Positions 11,650-23,392 of a stretch of 64,000 nucleotides of DNA are shown piece after piece. Position 1 is the stretch's first letter. Each line of letters starts with the position of its first letter. The notes beneath the pieces were generated by a model, which was given only the letters and a program-made list of their open reading frames with translations, made no database searches and was not told where the DNA came from. The stretch comes from Lama glama. Its lineage: Eukaryota. Location: assembly GCA_028534125.1 (NCBI GenBank), contig CM052851.1, forward strand, positions 54,126,001-54,190,000. Direction: 5' to 3'. The translations under genes and the position numbers were made by a program.

Positions 11650-14220
11650 CCCATCTGTCATTCTCTTCCTTCAGTGTGCCTACTACTTGAGACTTCACTT
11701 CCTTTGATGCCTCCATTTTCCTCCTCTCCTACATTTATATCCTCTCCTTTCCCGCCTGGACTTTCTGGGCTACCATTTCACCACTCTCAATGTTCCTTTG
11801 CCTTGAACTTGCTGTCACAGCCTCTCAGCGAAGTCTCAACCATGGAGCAATCCAACCAGTAGTTGTTTTCACTCCTCCGCAGGTTGTTGAGAGCACTAAG
11901 AAGACTCACAGACTGGTGCTATGAGGGATCTTCACCTCTTCCCCAGATCCATTTCTCAGCCCTACACTTTCCATAACAGCAAGATCAGACCTTCCCAACT
12001 CCCTCTTCTGTTGCCAACCATCTCCCCATCTCACCACTTCCTTCTTCATTCTCAGCAGATGAACCTGTTTGTACTTGACAGAGTGAAACAGAGGCTCTCT
12101 GAACTTTCCATACCCTGCTTCCCCAAGACAAACACATTGGTGCTTTCCTCTGACTCTCAGTGGAAGCGAGGAGGGTGGCCCTTCCTCCTGTCTAAGGCTA
12201 CCCCTCCCTCAGTGCTCTACTCTATCTCCTTCTGCCTCCACAGGAACTTTGCTCCATCATTATAATCCCTTATCTTTCCTTTATCTTCAGTATCTACTTT
12301 TACTGGCTCTTTCTTATCATCAAATAGGAATATCAACAACAGAACCAGCTAATATTTATCGTTTACAATGGGTCAGGCACTATCTAAGCACTTGCCATCT
12401 TATAAGTTATTTAATACTCACAACAATATAAAGTTAGTATTGTTATTATCTCCACCTTACAGATGAGCAAAATGCGATCCTGAGAAGTTAAGAAATTTAC
12501 CCAAGGTCACACAGCTTTTGTGTGGAGCTGGGACTTGAATTCAGACTGGTTTTAGAATTTGAACTACACACAATACATGCACTTCACTACATGCACAAAT
12601 GTTCAAGAAAAAAAAAAACCCAACATACTTTACCAAGATACTTTCTTTCTACCTTTAGCTACTGCCCCATCTCTCTTGGGGCATCCTCATTTCACAGTTT
12701 TTTTTTGAAAGCATTGTCTTCACAAGATATCATTTCCACTTCCTCACTTCATCTTCAGCTGCTCCCACCGATTCCACAGGAAACCACCCACTACCCCCAG
12801 ATTTCAATTCAGGTTTCTCTGTGGCACTTGATGTCCCTGAGCACAGCTTGCTCAGTTCTCTCCTCCCTTGAGTTCCTCATCATTTTCCTCCCATATTTCT
12901 GGTCACTCCTCGGTCACCTTTGCCGGTTCTTCCTTTGCCTTGTTTTTCTCTTAATAGTTCTTGTTTGCCAGGCTCCCCCCTGTGTCTAAGCTTTCTTGCC
13001 CTGGGTGAGTTCCTCTGCTCTCAGTGCTGCCCTAATACAAGCTCTGTGCTGATAACTCTCAAATGTATGCTTCTGGCTCAGATTCTGCTTTGAGCTCCAG
13101 CTCCATTCAGGAAGCTGCTGATTGGAGACTTACTTGGTTGCTTGACGGTCTGAGTCACCCTGCTAGAGGGGTTGGTGGGCCAGGGAAAAGCTAGGGAAGG
13201 TAGACAGCTTGACCCTGGGACAAAAATCCTTGGGAAGCTGGAGAGAACCAATGGCAATGCCGGATCAATATGGGAGTTAGTAGGAACTGAAAGACAAAGG
13301 TTTGGGATGACTGTATAAACCTGCAGGTGGCCTGTGCATGAGGAAATGATGTGTTCCATAATCTCAAGAAACAGGATCAACATGGGCTGCATAGAAACCA
13401 CAGATGAAATCTGTACCAAACCATGTTGGCCCCTTTCCCGATGTAAACTTACTGCTCTTGTTATGTTTGAATCAGTGCATGGCTCGATAATCCACCTGAT
13501 CACCCAAACCAAATTCTGGATCATTTGTTCTTTTTTGCTCCTAGTACTAAACTAGTCCATAAGTTCTGATTGTGCTCCCTAACAATATTTTTAATTCACT
13601 TAGGCTTCTCATTACTTCTGCTTCCTTAAGTCAGGTCATCACCATTGCTTGTCTGAACTCTTCCAAAAGCCTCTTAACTGATCTCTCAGCTGCTGTCTGA
13701 CTGTCCTTTTAGAATGACCTAAGATGCAGTTGTGATCATATTTTTCTCCTTTTTGAAATACATCAGCTAATCCCACTGCCTACTGAATAAAATCCAGATT
13801 CCTCAGTGTGGGTGTAAGTCTCTTCATTCTCTGGCTCCTGACTCCTCTCTCCAGCTCCACTGTGTCTGACTGTGCCCATACAACCAAGGCCCGAACTCAA
13901 TGGAACACTCCGCAGTTCCCCAGCATTCACTCTCACCTGCTAGTCCTTCTGATTGGCCTTCTTGTTTGATAGCCTGGTTGACTCCTCACTGTCCTCATAT
14001 CTCCATTCTGGGTCACTTTCTGGAAGCCTTCTCTGTGCATTCTGGGTAAGGCTGTCCTCTTCTGTGTGCCCCAAGGACCCTGGACTGTGGGGGAAGACAT
14101 CCTCCTTTATGGAGCCGTAAGTTCCCAGAGGGTGGGGACTGGGTTATATCATCTGTTATCTATCCACAAGTGAGCTCAGGGTTTGCTGGGCTAACTCCTT
14201 TCATCCCTTAGAACCCTGTT
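11650..14220 (+). mobile_element. Long decayed L2 body interrupted by a MIR (~12330-12590) and an unclassified insert (~13160-13480)
   Basis: Pyrimidine-rich L2 ORF2-derived tract (ctcctgtctaaggctacccctcc; ataactctcaaatgtat; aataaaatccagattcctcag). Confidence 0.7.
12330..12590 (-). mobile_element. MIR SINE
   Basis: ccaccttacagatgagcaaaat...acccaaggtcacacagct...gagctgggacttgaa. Confidence 0.85.
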
Positions 14221-14329
14221 CGGGCATCCTTCCCTGGGAGAGGCCTTTTCTATTCTCAGGTAAAATTAATTAACTACCTTCTCTACATTACTTCTGAACA
14301 CGGCATTTGCTTCATTTATGTTATTAATT

Positions 14330-14970
14330 AAGAATAACACCGTTGAACACTTACCTGTGTGTCTGGCTATATGCTAACTGCTTTACTGCTGACTGGAGGT
14401 ATCATTGTCTTTAATCTTTACAACAAGCTTATGATGGAGTTACTATTATTTGCATTTTTAGAGGGAAAAACTCAGGTTTCGAGGTACTGTAATAGGTGCA
14501 GGAGATATGGCATGAACAAAATAAGGCCTTTGCCTTCTTGAAGTTAATAGTCTGGTGGGAGGGATGGACATTAAGCTAAAACTTTTATAATCAATAATAA
14601 AAACTAGTATCTCTTAAGACCTTAGTATTTTTCAGGCACTATTCTAAGTGCTTTCCACGTGCCACCTTATTTAATGCTTATAAAACCCAAGTAAGTGGGC
14701 ACTAATATCCCCATTTTATAGAAGAGGATGCTAAGTAACTTGCTGAAGGTCCCATAGCTAGTGGGGGGCGTGCTGGGATTTGAACCCTCAGCCACCTGAC
14801 TTCAGGCCCTATGCACCCGAGGAGTGACAGGGCACTCTGAGAGTGTCACAAGGGACCCGGCTTAATTGGGGTATGTGTGGAAGGCAGGCTTCCCAGAGAA
14901 GGTGACATGTGAGCTGAGATATGAATGACTAACTGAGGGAGGAGAAGAGTATCAGGCAAACAGAACAGGA
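14330..14970 (-). mobile_element. Interleaved MIR and L2 fragments
   Basis: MIR cores near 14450 (ttttagagggaaaaactcagg) and 14710 (ccccattttatagaagagg); L2 piece at ~14490-14590. Confidence 0.65.
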
Positions 14971-16579
14971 TTCTTCAGTTTCCATGTGTGTCCCTGCTCC
15001 TACACTAGAACTGTGTTTACTCATTTTTGTATCACCAGTACTGTGTACTGTGCATGTCTGTCTATGTGTGTATGTACATGTGTGTACGTACTATGATAAT
15101 TAGCACATGGTAGATGCTCAAATAACATCTGAAAAACACAAAAACACATTTGTGGCTTCGATAAACATCGCTCTTTTTGATTCCTTACCCTAAAACTGTA
15201 AGGTATGTAGAATAAAGGCAATGAATTCCTTTAAAAAGATAAGTAACAACAACAATGAAACAAAAGAAGTGATTTGCTTAATGTCCCCAGGCCACAAAGA
15301 TGCAGAAGGAAAAGCAAAACCTAAAATAGGTCTCTTTGTGCTCAGCCTAGCTCTGTGACACTTTCCTATCACAGCGGCTCAGCTTCTCCTTACTTCCATT
15401 GTTCTTCCAGGACTTTAGAAACCACTGTGGCTCTAGAAAGCTGGATCTGCATGTGGCCACAGAATCGTCAGGACACACAATGTCTCACTAACAAAGAACG
15501 TGGTCCATTTGGGAGCCATTTGCACTTTGTCAGCACCAGGCAACTTTTTACTGAATCCTGAAGTCTGAGTTTTCGCCACTGTAAACCAGCAGGTGTCACA
15601 ATTTACCCAAGAAGAGCACAACTGGGCTGAATGGCAGCTGCTGACACGCCCCAGGAATTCTACCTGAAGGGCCAACTTGGGCTACCCTGCTTTCACTGTT
15701 TATCTGGTGAAGCACTGGGTAATCCACCACCCCTTCTGTACTGAGGGGCTGCGGCAGGAGGGAAGGAAATCTTCCAAAGCCTCGGCAATTCAATCCCCCT
15801 TTTCTTGGACCAAGGACCCTGTGGAACCCCTGGGTTTCTGCCTGCATTGTGCCTCCTCTCTTTCTTCCCTGCACTCTCTGGATGCCTCTTCTTACCGCCT
15901 GGACAGCAGCCCCTGGCTGACGTTGGCTCTCCAGCTCTTTTATTTTCATGACTACAGGAGCCAAAGTCAAGCCCTGATGGCTGCTTTGCAACCACCCTAT
16001 GGAGCTTTATCTTTTGTTGTTGATATCAAGACTCCGGATCCGTCTTTTCCAAGAGCTCCCTTGACTAGCCATGGTTTCCTGTCTGCCCACTGCCGTTGCC
16101 AAATGGGGCAACCATGTTGGTACCACAGACCTCTTCTTGCTCCTGGCTGCAGCTGACCACGTCAGAAAAGGTATCTCAGGGAGACGGTGGGTTGCAGCTA
16201 GGAACTGAAGGATGGAGAAGATTCAGGCAGGCTGAAGGAAGGGACAGGGAAGAGAATGAGGGAAGGCAGGAATGGAGAGTGGAGAGCTAGAGGCAGGGCA
16301 AGCTTGACTCACATGGGGTATAACTAACTGGCTTGACTGATGTTGACTAGGATTCTGACACCAGCGTGCAGGTGGTCCTGGAAGGAAGAAACAGATTATA
16401 GAGGTCTTGAAAGCTACCTGGATCCATACTCTGGGCCCAAACCCCATCCTAAATATGCATAACTCAAAGGTACAGATTAGGACTTTACATTTCAAGGAGA
16501 AGTCATGTGGCGTGAGGAAGAACAGAACTAATATTTGTCAAACACCAGTGACTATTATAGCTGATTTATACATCACTTA

Positions 16580-17546
16580 CTCCTATCAAGAATGCATTTG
16601 GTGGCAAGAAACAGAAAACTCAACTTGCAGTGGCTTAAATTAAGGGGCACAATTTTACCATACATCATAGGGAATCTGGAATTTGATGCTTTCAGCATTG
16701 ACTTAATGTCATGATGACATCACGGTGTTGCAGGAGAATAGGGAACGTGAGAGGATGGCCTTGGGAGAGTCCATAGGACAGGCCCCCAAGTGAGGGTCCT
16801 TGGCTTCGCAGAGAAAGGAATTCAAGAGTGAGCTATAGAGAGATACACATTCTATGGATAGAATGTGGCCCGTCTCAGAAGGGAGAGTGGCCTTGGGGTT
16901 TGGGGGTTGCTAGTTTTTATGGGCTGGGTAATTTCATATGCTAACAAGTGGGAGGATTATTCCAGCTGTTTTGGGGAAGGGATGGAGATTTCCAGGCACT
17001 GGGCCACTGCCCACTTTTTGGCCTTTTATGGTCAGCTTTGGAACTGCCATGGCACCTGTGGGTGTGTTATTTAGCATGCTAATATATTACAATAAGTGTA
17101 TAATGAAACTCAAGGTCTTCTAGAAGTCAAATCTTCCACCATTATGGGCCTAATAGGTTCTAATCAATTTTTGTCTTATCCTCAATGGCTAAGTCATTCT
17201 TTAAAAGGTTGTGCCCTGCCCCCTTCCTTCTTGTCTCAAGGGCTGATGATTCTGAGATTGTCTTGGTCACAAGATGGCTCCTGCAGCTCCAGACATCATA
17301 TCTTTGTTCAAAGCAGGAAGTAGAGGAGAGATTCAGCTTCATTTATTACTTTTATTAGGAAAGCAGAAACATTTCCAGAACCCTCCCTCAGACTTTTGTT
17401 TATATCCGACTGCACAGAACTTTTGACCTGGTCACCCCTCACTGAAAGGGAGACTGGGAAAGTGAGTATTAAGTTCTTCCAGCCTCTAAAGTAAAAGTGC
17501 CAAGGGATAATAAAATTGAGAATGACAACCAACAGTGTCTATTACA
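16580..17546 (-). mobile_element. Old MLT1 (MaLR) LTR split by an ERV1 solo LTR
   Basis: gcaagaaacagaaaactcaacttgcagtggcttaaa...; resumes after 17238 with ggtcacaagatggctcctgcagctccagacatca. Confidence 0.7.
16726..17238 (-). mobile_element. ERV1-class solo LTR, laurasiatherian type, ~513 bp
   Basis: TG...CA termini (tgttgcagg ... cttgtctca); flanks acgg/aggg form a degenerate 4-bp TSD. Confidence 0.8.
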
Positions 17547-17730
17547 ACTCTTTTATTTACTTTTCACTCTAAAACTGAACAGATGTTAATATCATTTCCA
17601 TATCATACGTTGAGAAAATCGAGGTTTCATAAGGAAAATACACTAGTCAAGGTGACACAGGTGGTATCTGGGAGAGTCAGAATTTAAATCCTGATTATTC
17701 TGATTCCAAAGTCTTTGCCTTTCATGTGAG
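17545..17730 (-). mobile_element. MIR SINE
   Basis: gagaaaatcgagg...caaggtgacacagg...tctgattccaaagtc. Confidence 0.65.
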
Positions 17731-18806
17731 CCTTGGCAGGCTCATTCCTGCTCTTGATCATGTACATCCCCTGGCTGTCTGTACAAAAATCTCTGCTGGC
17801 CCTAAAAGCAGGTCCCTGGAAATCTTACATGCTGGAAGTGTGAGAGAGAAAACGTTGGAACTTCTGAAAACTATTTGATTCTCTTAGGAAGCCTAGGGCT
17901 CCTGTGGTATTGCGGGGTGGAGGCGGTGGAGAGGGCTGGTAAGAAGAAGGAAAGGCAGAAAATTATGCCCTACTCTTTGTTCTAACTGGTAGCTAACTAA
18001 GGTTGGACATGCAGCTCTGGGAGGAGGATATTTTTTTGAAGAGAGAACAAAGAGACCTGGAAATTTGACCCGTTAGGCTGGAGGAACTGCTCTATGAAAA
18101 GTGCTGCAGGATACTCAAGCACTCCGCTGTTTCTGGAACGGGTGGCTGACAGGCCCAGTTCATGGGGGAGCAAATATGAGAAATAAAAGGCTTAGTTAAG
18201 TTTGACTGAATGACATTTCCTATGGAGCCGGAAATGACAAGTAGTGATTTCCTATCAATCATACCTTAGGTGACTATTCTAAAAGCAAATTGTCCCTACT
18301 GATGTTAAAAGAGAGAAAGAAAGTAAGAACATTTCTGGGTGCGGGTTTTTGCTCTTAACCGCACTGCATGTGGCTGCTCGGAAGGCTTCGAAATGGAAAT
18401 ACCAGGTCCTGGGAGGGCAGCAGGTAGTAGGGAATCTGGCTCAAGGTCAGTGGATATCCCTGGCTTGGGGAAGAGGCTGTTGGAGAATCCCAGCCTCTCC
18501 TGCTTGGCAGGGAAACAAAGCAGCTCTCGGACCTCAGCTGGCACCGTGATTCCGGCCAAAGCAACCCAGTCTGCTCAGGCTTTCCACAGAAGCCCGGGGA
18601 ATGGATTCCTTTTTCCTTGAGCTGACTGATCTCGGGATGCATTTCAATTCCTCTTTCTGTTGGTGACATTATCTGTAACCAGCTCCAGGCCCTCTGTCCC
18701 TGTATTATTTCAACAGTAGTGTTAGATGAGCAGTTTTTTTGAGATTCTGGAAGCCTTTCATGGGCCAGGGCAATGGCAGGAAAAGTAAATTTCAGAGAAA
18801 CGATAT

Positions 18807-19330
18807 AGAAGGGGAACAGAATTTGCCACCTCAAAAGGTACCTCTTTGGCATAGTAATTATTTTAAGTTGATTATTTTTAAAAACCAGCAGACATAGGAG
18901 AAGCTTTGAAAAAAGAAGTCACCCTTCAGTAAGAGACACTTATAAGGGTATAAGTGTCTTTGTAAGGGTGTCTTCCTCCTTGTACCAAGAAAAGGAGAAT
19001 GACTAAATCTCTAGAAATTTATCAATGAACAAGGAATGGACTTAAATCTACATTAAAAAGCTTACCCTAGTTTACTGTTCTTTGCCTGATGACCTCCCCA
19101 AACTTGCACCCCACCCAATCTTTCTTTTGTCTTTAGCTGTAGATGGTACTTCAGGTGGTAGTTTGGGCCATTTCAGGAGTTAACCAGTTTTCCTAGGTAT
19201 CTCCCATGAGTACAGGACGTACACATGTTACTAAACTTCTCTTAGTTTTTCTCCTGTTAATCTGTCTTTATAGGGCTGTCTCAGCCAAGATCCTAGAAGG
19301 TAGAGGGAAAATTATTGTTCCTCCCCTACA
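18807..19330 (+). mobile_element. MER34-like ERV1 solo LTR with 4-bp TSD ATAT
   Basis: Starts (t>a)gaaggggaacagaatttgccacctcaaa and ends ggaaaattattgttcctcccctaca; ATAT at 18803-18806 and 19331-19334. Confidence 0.8.
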
Positions 19331-19684
19331 ATATTAAAGAAAAATACAGAGACACCTTTAAAGGACCCCTTGAACCTTTTATTTTTAAGCCTTGCACACT
19401 GGGTCCTTCCCAGCTGGCTCCAGTCTCATATCCCACCACTCCTACAAAAATTTGATGCTCCAGTTAGATGGAACATCTACTATCTGTCCTTTCAGCGCCT
19501 GCCATGATCTTCATGCTTCTGAGCTTTTGCTTTCCCTCTGCCTGGTGTTCTTCTTGGCAAACACATTTTGGACTCATCTCGAATGTCACCATCGAGGAAG
19601 CCTTCCCTAACTCCTTTATGCAGGGAGCCTCTTGTCCCTGGGTCCACAGCATGGCCTCAACTGTGACTCTTCTCATGAGACAGA

Positions 19685-19862
19685 GAAGAGGTTCTCAAAC
19701 ATTGCACTCTCAGACTTCCTGGGGGCTTACTGAAAATACAGATTCCAGGCTTCCAACCCCAGAACTCCTAACTCAGAATATCTAGGGTGAGGCCTAGGAA
19801 TTTGCTTTTCAGGCAAGACCCTAGATTCCTGTGTACCCTAATACTGGAGTCCCATTGCTCTA
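19685..19862. mobile_element. MER5A-like hAT element inserted in an L2 (~19370-20020)
   Basis: ggttctcaaac...gggtgaggcctaggaatttgcttt...cccattgctcta. Confidence 0.7.
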
Positions 19863-20359
19863 CCACATGTGGGGAGTCATCTGACCATCCTTTGAAAAAC
19901 TCTGTGGTAGAATAATTATTTGTCTGAACTGGTCTATTGACCTTGCAATCAGACTGGCTTCTCTGGGCACAGACCATGTGTCCACTGCTAAGCTCTGTGC
20001 CTGGCACAGAACAGGCCCTCACTGTTTTAGGGAGTCAGGGGAAAAGATTATCATTTTACTGATAAAGAAATGGAGACTTACGGGACACACGACTGGCTCT
20101 CAAACCCAGGCTTGGGTCTGAGAGTTGTGAGCAAGATCTACACTTCACGTATGATGATGATTTGTACAGTAGAGGAATTATAAAATATAAACACGTCAGG
20201 GGGTACTTTTTCTCTTCTGTTTATGCTTCTTTGAAGTTTAGGCTAGATACCATCTAGGCTATTTCTAGTCCCATCCTCTCACGTATGTAGTAAATAGATT
20301 TGGGGAAGTCTGTTAAGGTCATTCTCCTTTCTTTGGAAGGGCCTCCCCTAACCCTGATG

Positions 20360-20860
20360 CCACCCTAGAGCCAGAAAGGATAGAATGATGTTTGTAGGAA
20401 GTGACTTCAACTCTCAGTCATAGTTGACCTTGAATGAATATCAGATTCTCTCTTCAGAACTTGAACCAAGAGATACAGATGTGTCAGATCTGACACATGT
20501 GGCAGAGGGGAGCTGTAAGGTCATGGTGCAACCAGAGTCACTACCATGGCAACACAGAGCTCCACGCAAATTGATGTTATGAGGTTTCAGGAAGAAAGAG
20601 CCTTGCATAGAAAGGGGTCCAGAGAGAGAAAGAAAAAGAGAGAGGAGTGTAGTCAGTTTCTAGCAGAGACAAGGGGCCATGTGTCTCCAGAGAGTGACAG
20701 CTGGATGGGCCAAGGGGCTAGCAGCTCACATATTTTCCAGTTCCTGTGTGGCTCAGCTGTATTTCCTGTCATTGCCTTCTGGGAAGTACTCCAAATTCCT
20801 TATAATCAACCCTCCTTGTCTTAAGCTAGCTTGAATCTGTCCCTTGACACCTAAGACAGT
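20360..20860 (+). mobile_element. Old MLT1 (MaLR) LTR
   Basis: atcagattctctcttcagaacttgaacc...cttaagctagcttgaatctgtcccttgacacctaaga 3' end. Confidence 0.6.
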
Positions 20861-21419
20861 GAGCAAATAAGCGATCCACATACAGTCTTAGTATAAATAA
20901 GGCCATCTGCTACCCCGTTTCTCCTTGCTATTAAGAAGTCCCACAGCAAGCTGCCATCTTGCATTTAAATTTGATAAATTCTGACTTGTTTTCTATTTAA
21001 TTCTAGGCTTAAGCTGTTCTCCCTCCCTTTTTTTCTGGTTTGAGAGTCTGAGTCTCAGTGAGAATACCAAGACTCAAATGTGAAGAAAGTTCAGAATAAA
21101 AGATTCAAATTAATTTGCATCGCAAGGCTTACAATGCCCACAAGCCTACTGCCTTTCCCGAGAATTCCTATATTCAGGAGCCAAGCGCAACAAATGAGAC
21201 CATCTTACCAGAGCTCTGAGTCCCATCAGTTACAGGCAGACTTGGACCCGTGGAGGTCAGCTAAGAAATCACGGGCTGACTTGGTCAAAATATACCTTGC
21301 CCTTGCCAGACCCATAGCTAATCTGTCAAAAAATCAACCATTCCATCAAATCTTCTTAAGTTTACTGATTGACATAGCACTTACTCAATAAAATATTTTG
21401 CCTGGAAACAAGAGGTGCC

Positions 21420-21645
21420 AATGGGGAAATTTTAGAATCAAACACATCCACTTTGCAGCCTGTTCCATCATTTCTTCCTTTATGAGTTTGAGCAAATTTA
21501 CTTAAACCCTCTGAGCCTCTGTTTCCTCATTTGTAAAACATGGTTAATAACATCTACCTCGGAATGTTTTAGGAGTATTACAATGTATAACGCAGAAAAA
21601 ACACGCAGCAGAACAGCCAGTATATAGTAAACGCTCAGTATGTTT
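21420..21645 (+). mobile_element. MIR SINE
   Basis: ctctgagcctctgtttcctcatttgtaaaacatggttaataacatctacctc. Confidence 0.85.
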
Positions 21646-22214
21646 TTTTTTCTTTCCCCATATCACCAACTAAAGCTACATAAGAGAGCAGAGATCAGTC
21701 CCCTGTACTTTCTCACTTAAATCTATCTTCCCAAATAGCTGCCAGCCAATAGCCCTGTTAACACTTGGGCGAGTTGTGGTGTGTTAGGTAGTGTCTCTCC
21801 CATGGTAAGTTGATGTCGCTACCCTGGTGTGCCCCAGCCGAGGGGGAAAGCCACTGCACCTGAGGTTGGAGGAACTGGATTCCAGTGCTGCACCATAGCC
21901 TCCCCTTCACCCTCTCCCAACTGCGAAAAGGCAGAATCATCCCTGCTTGCTGGCTGGTTGTAAAGACTGCATGAGAAATTGGGAAGAAAAGGTCAGGGAA
22001 TTGTAGTGCCCTCACAAAGGATGGCTGAAGATGGGTATGCCTCTACTTAGCCTGAAGCCAGGTGAGCTGCCCTTGCAAGGAGGCATGTTCTGGATTTGGC
22101 AATCACAAGTCACGCTAATCTGAGTGATGCTGAGGATGAATTATTGCAGAGTAGGGGGACAGAGTTATTTATAGGATCATCAGTGCTGGCCTTTCATACG
22201 GTCTTTTAGGACCT

Positions 22215-22372
22215 TGTTCCCCAAACTGCTATCGGAAGGACATCACCAGGGAGGTCATTAGAACTACAGTATATCTCGGGCTTTACCCAGGAGCCACTGA
22301 ACCAAAGTCTGTATCTTAACAAAATCCCCAGGTAATTCCTGTGTTCACTGAACTTTTGAGAAGCACTGCAGT
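22215..22372. mobile_element. MER5A hAT element
   Basis: catcaccagggagg...ttaacaaaatccccaggtaattcc...ttttgagaagcactg. Confidence 0.75.
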
Positions 22373-22694
22373 CTAGCAGAGTCCACAAGAAACTGGCTTT
22401 TAGCTGGCTGCTAATTAGAATCTGATACAAATCTCAACACTGACTGAAGTCCCTTCTGTCAGTCAGCCAGGGTGAGGAAAACCCTTCCTCTTTTTAGTTC
22501 TCTTTGGGCACGCATTCCCCTCAGTTGCTTTTTATTTATATAAATGAATTAGGTTTCAGATGAAAGATAACACATTAGTTTCATTAGCACCATTGACAGC
22601 AATGGTTGATGAACCACCAGTTGGTTGACTGGATCTGAGAGGAAGGAAGAGCAGGCGGGCGGAAGGGGAAAAGACACCTGTGGGAGGAGTACGA

Positions 22695-22865
22695 TTTCCA
22701 CATATGTTAGTGGAGTCCTCACAAAAACTCTATTAGAAGTTTTATTATCATTACTTTACAGACCGGAAACAGGCTCAGAGAGGTTGAGCAGCTTGCTAAT
22801 TTCACGTACTGGGTGGAGCTGGAACTTATATGCGGGCCTGTTTGACCTTAAACCCTATATACACT
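22695..22865 (-). mobile_element. MIR SINE
   Basis: tttacagaccggaaacaggctcagagaggttgagcagcttgc. Confidence 0.75.
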
Positions 22866-22868
22866 GTT

Positions 22869-23392
22869 TGTCCCAGTTACTCTTACTGCTAAAAGAACTT
22901 TATGCAAAACTCAGGCATGTAAAACAACCATTTTATCATGCCCATGGATTCTGTGGGTCATAAATTCCAGACAAAGCACAGTGGGAATGCCTAGTCTCAC
23001 CCCTAAATGGATAGGGTGACTATATGGCTGGAACTTACCTGACGGCATCTTCACTTCCATGACTGGCAACTGATGCTGGCATCAGCTTGGCGATGTTGCC
23101 CAGAACACCTATGTGTGGCTTCTCCACATGGCCTGGACTTTCTGACAGTACGGAAACTTCAAGGAAGTTGGACATCTTACATGGTGTCCCAGGGATCCAA
23201 AAGTGAGTACCCCAGTGAACAAGGCAGAACTTGTATCACTTTTTCTGACTAAGCCTCAGAAGTCTCAGAACCTCCATTCTATCACATTTGATTGGCTTCA
23301 GGTGAGTCACAGACCTACCCAAATTCAGGGGGAGGGAACAAAGATCCTATCTTTGATGGCAGGATTTCCAAAAGACCTGTAGCCATTTTTCT
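22869..23392 (-). mobile_element. MaLR solo LTR (MLT1E/F-like)
   Basis: taaaacaaccattttatcatgcccatggattctgtgggtca...ctaagcctcagaagtc...caaattcagggggaggg. Confidence 0.8.

Noticed and set aside
15596-16156. Overlapping 100-159 aa ORFs on both strands
   Set aside because: No homology recognised and no splice structure; expected by chance in GC-richer sequence
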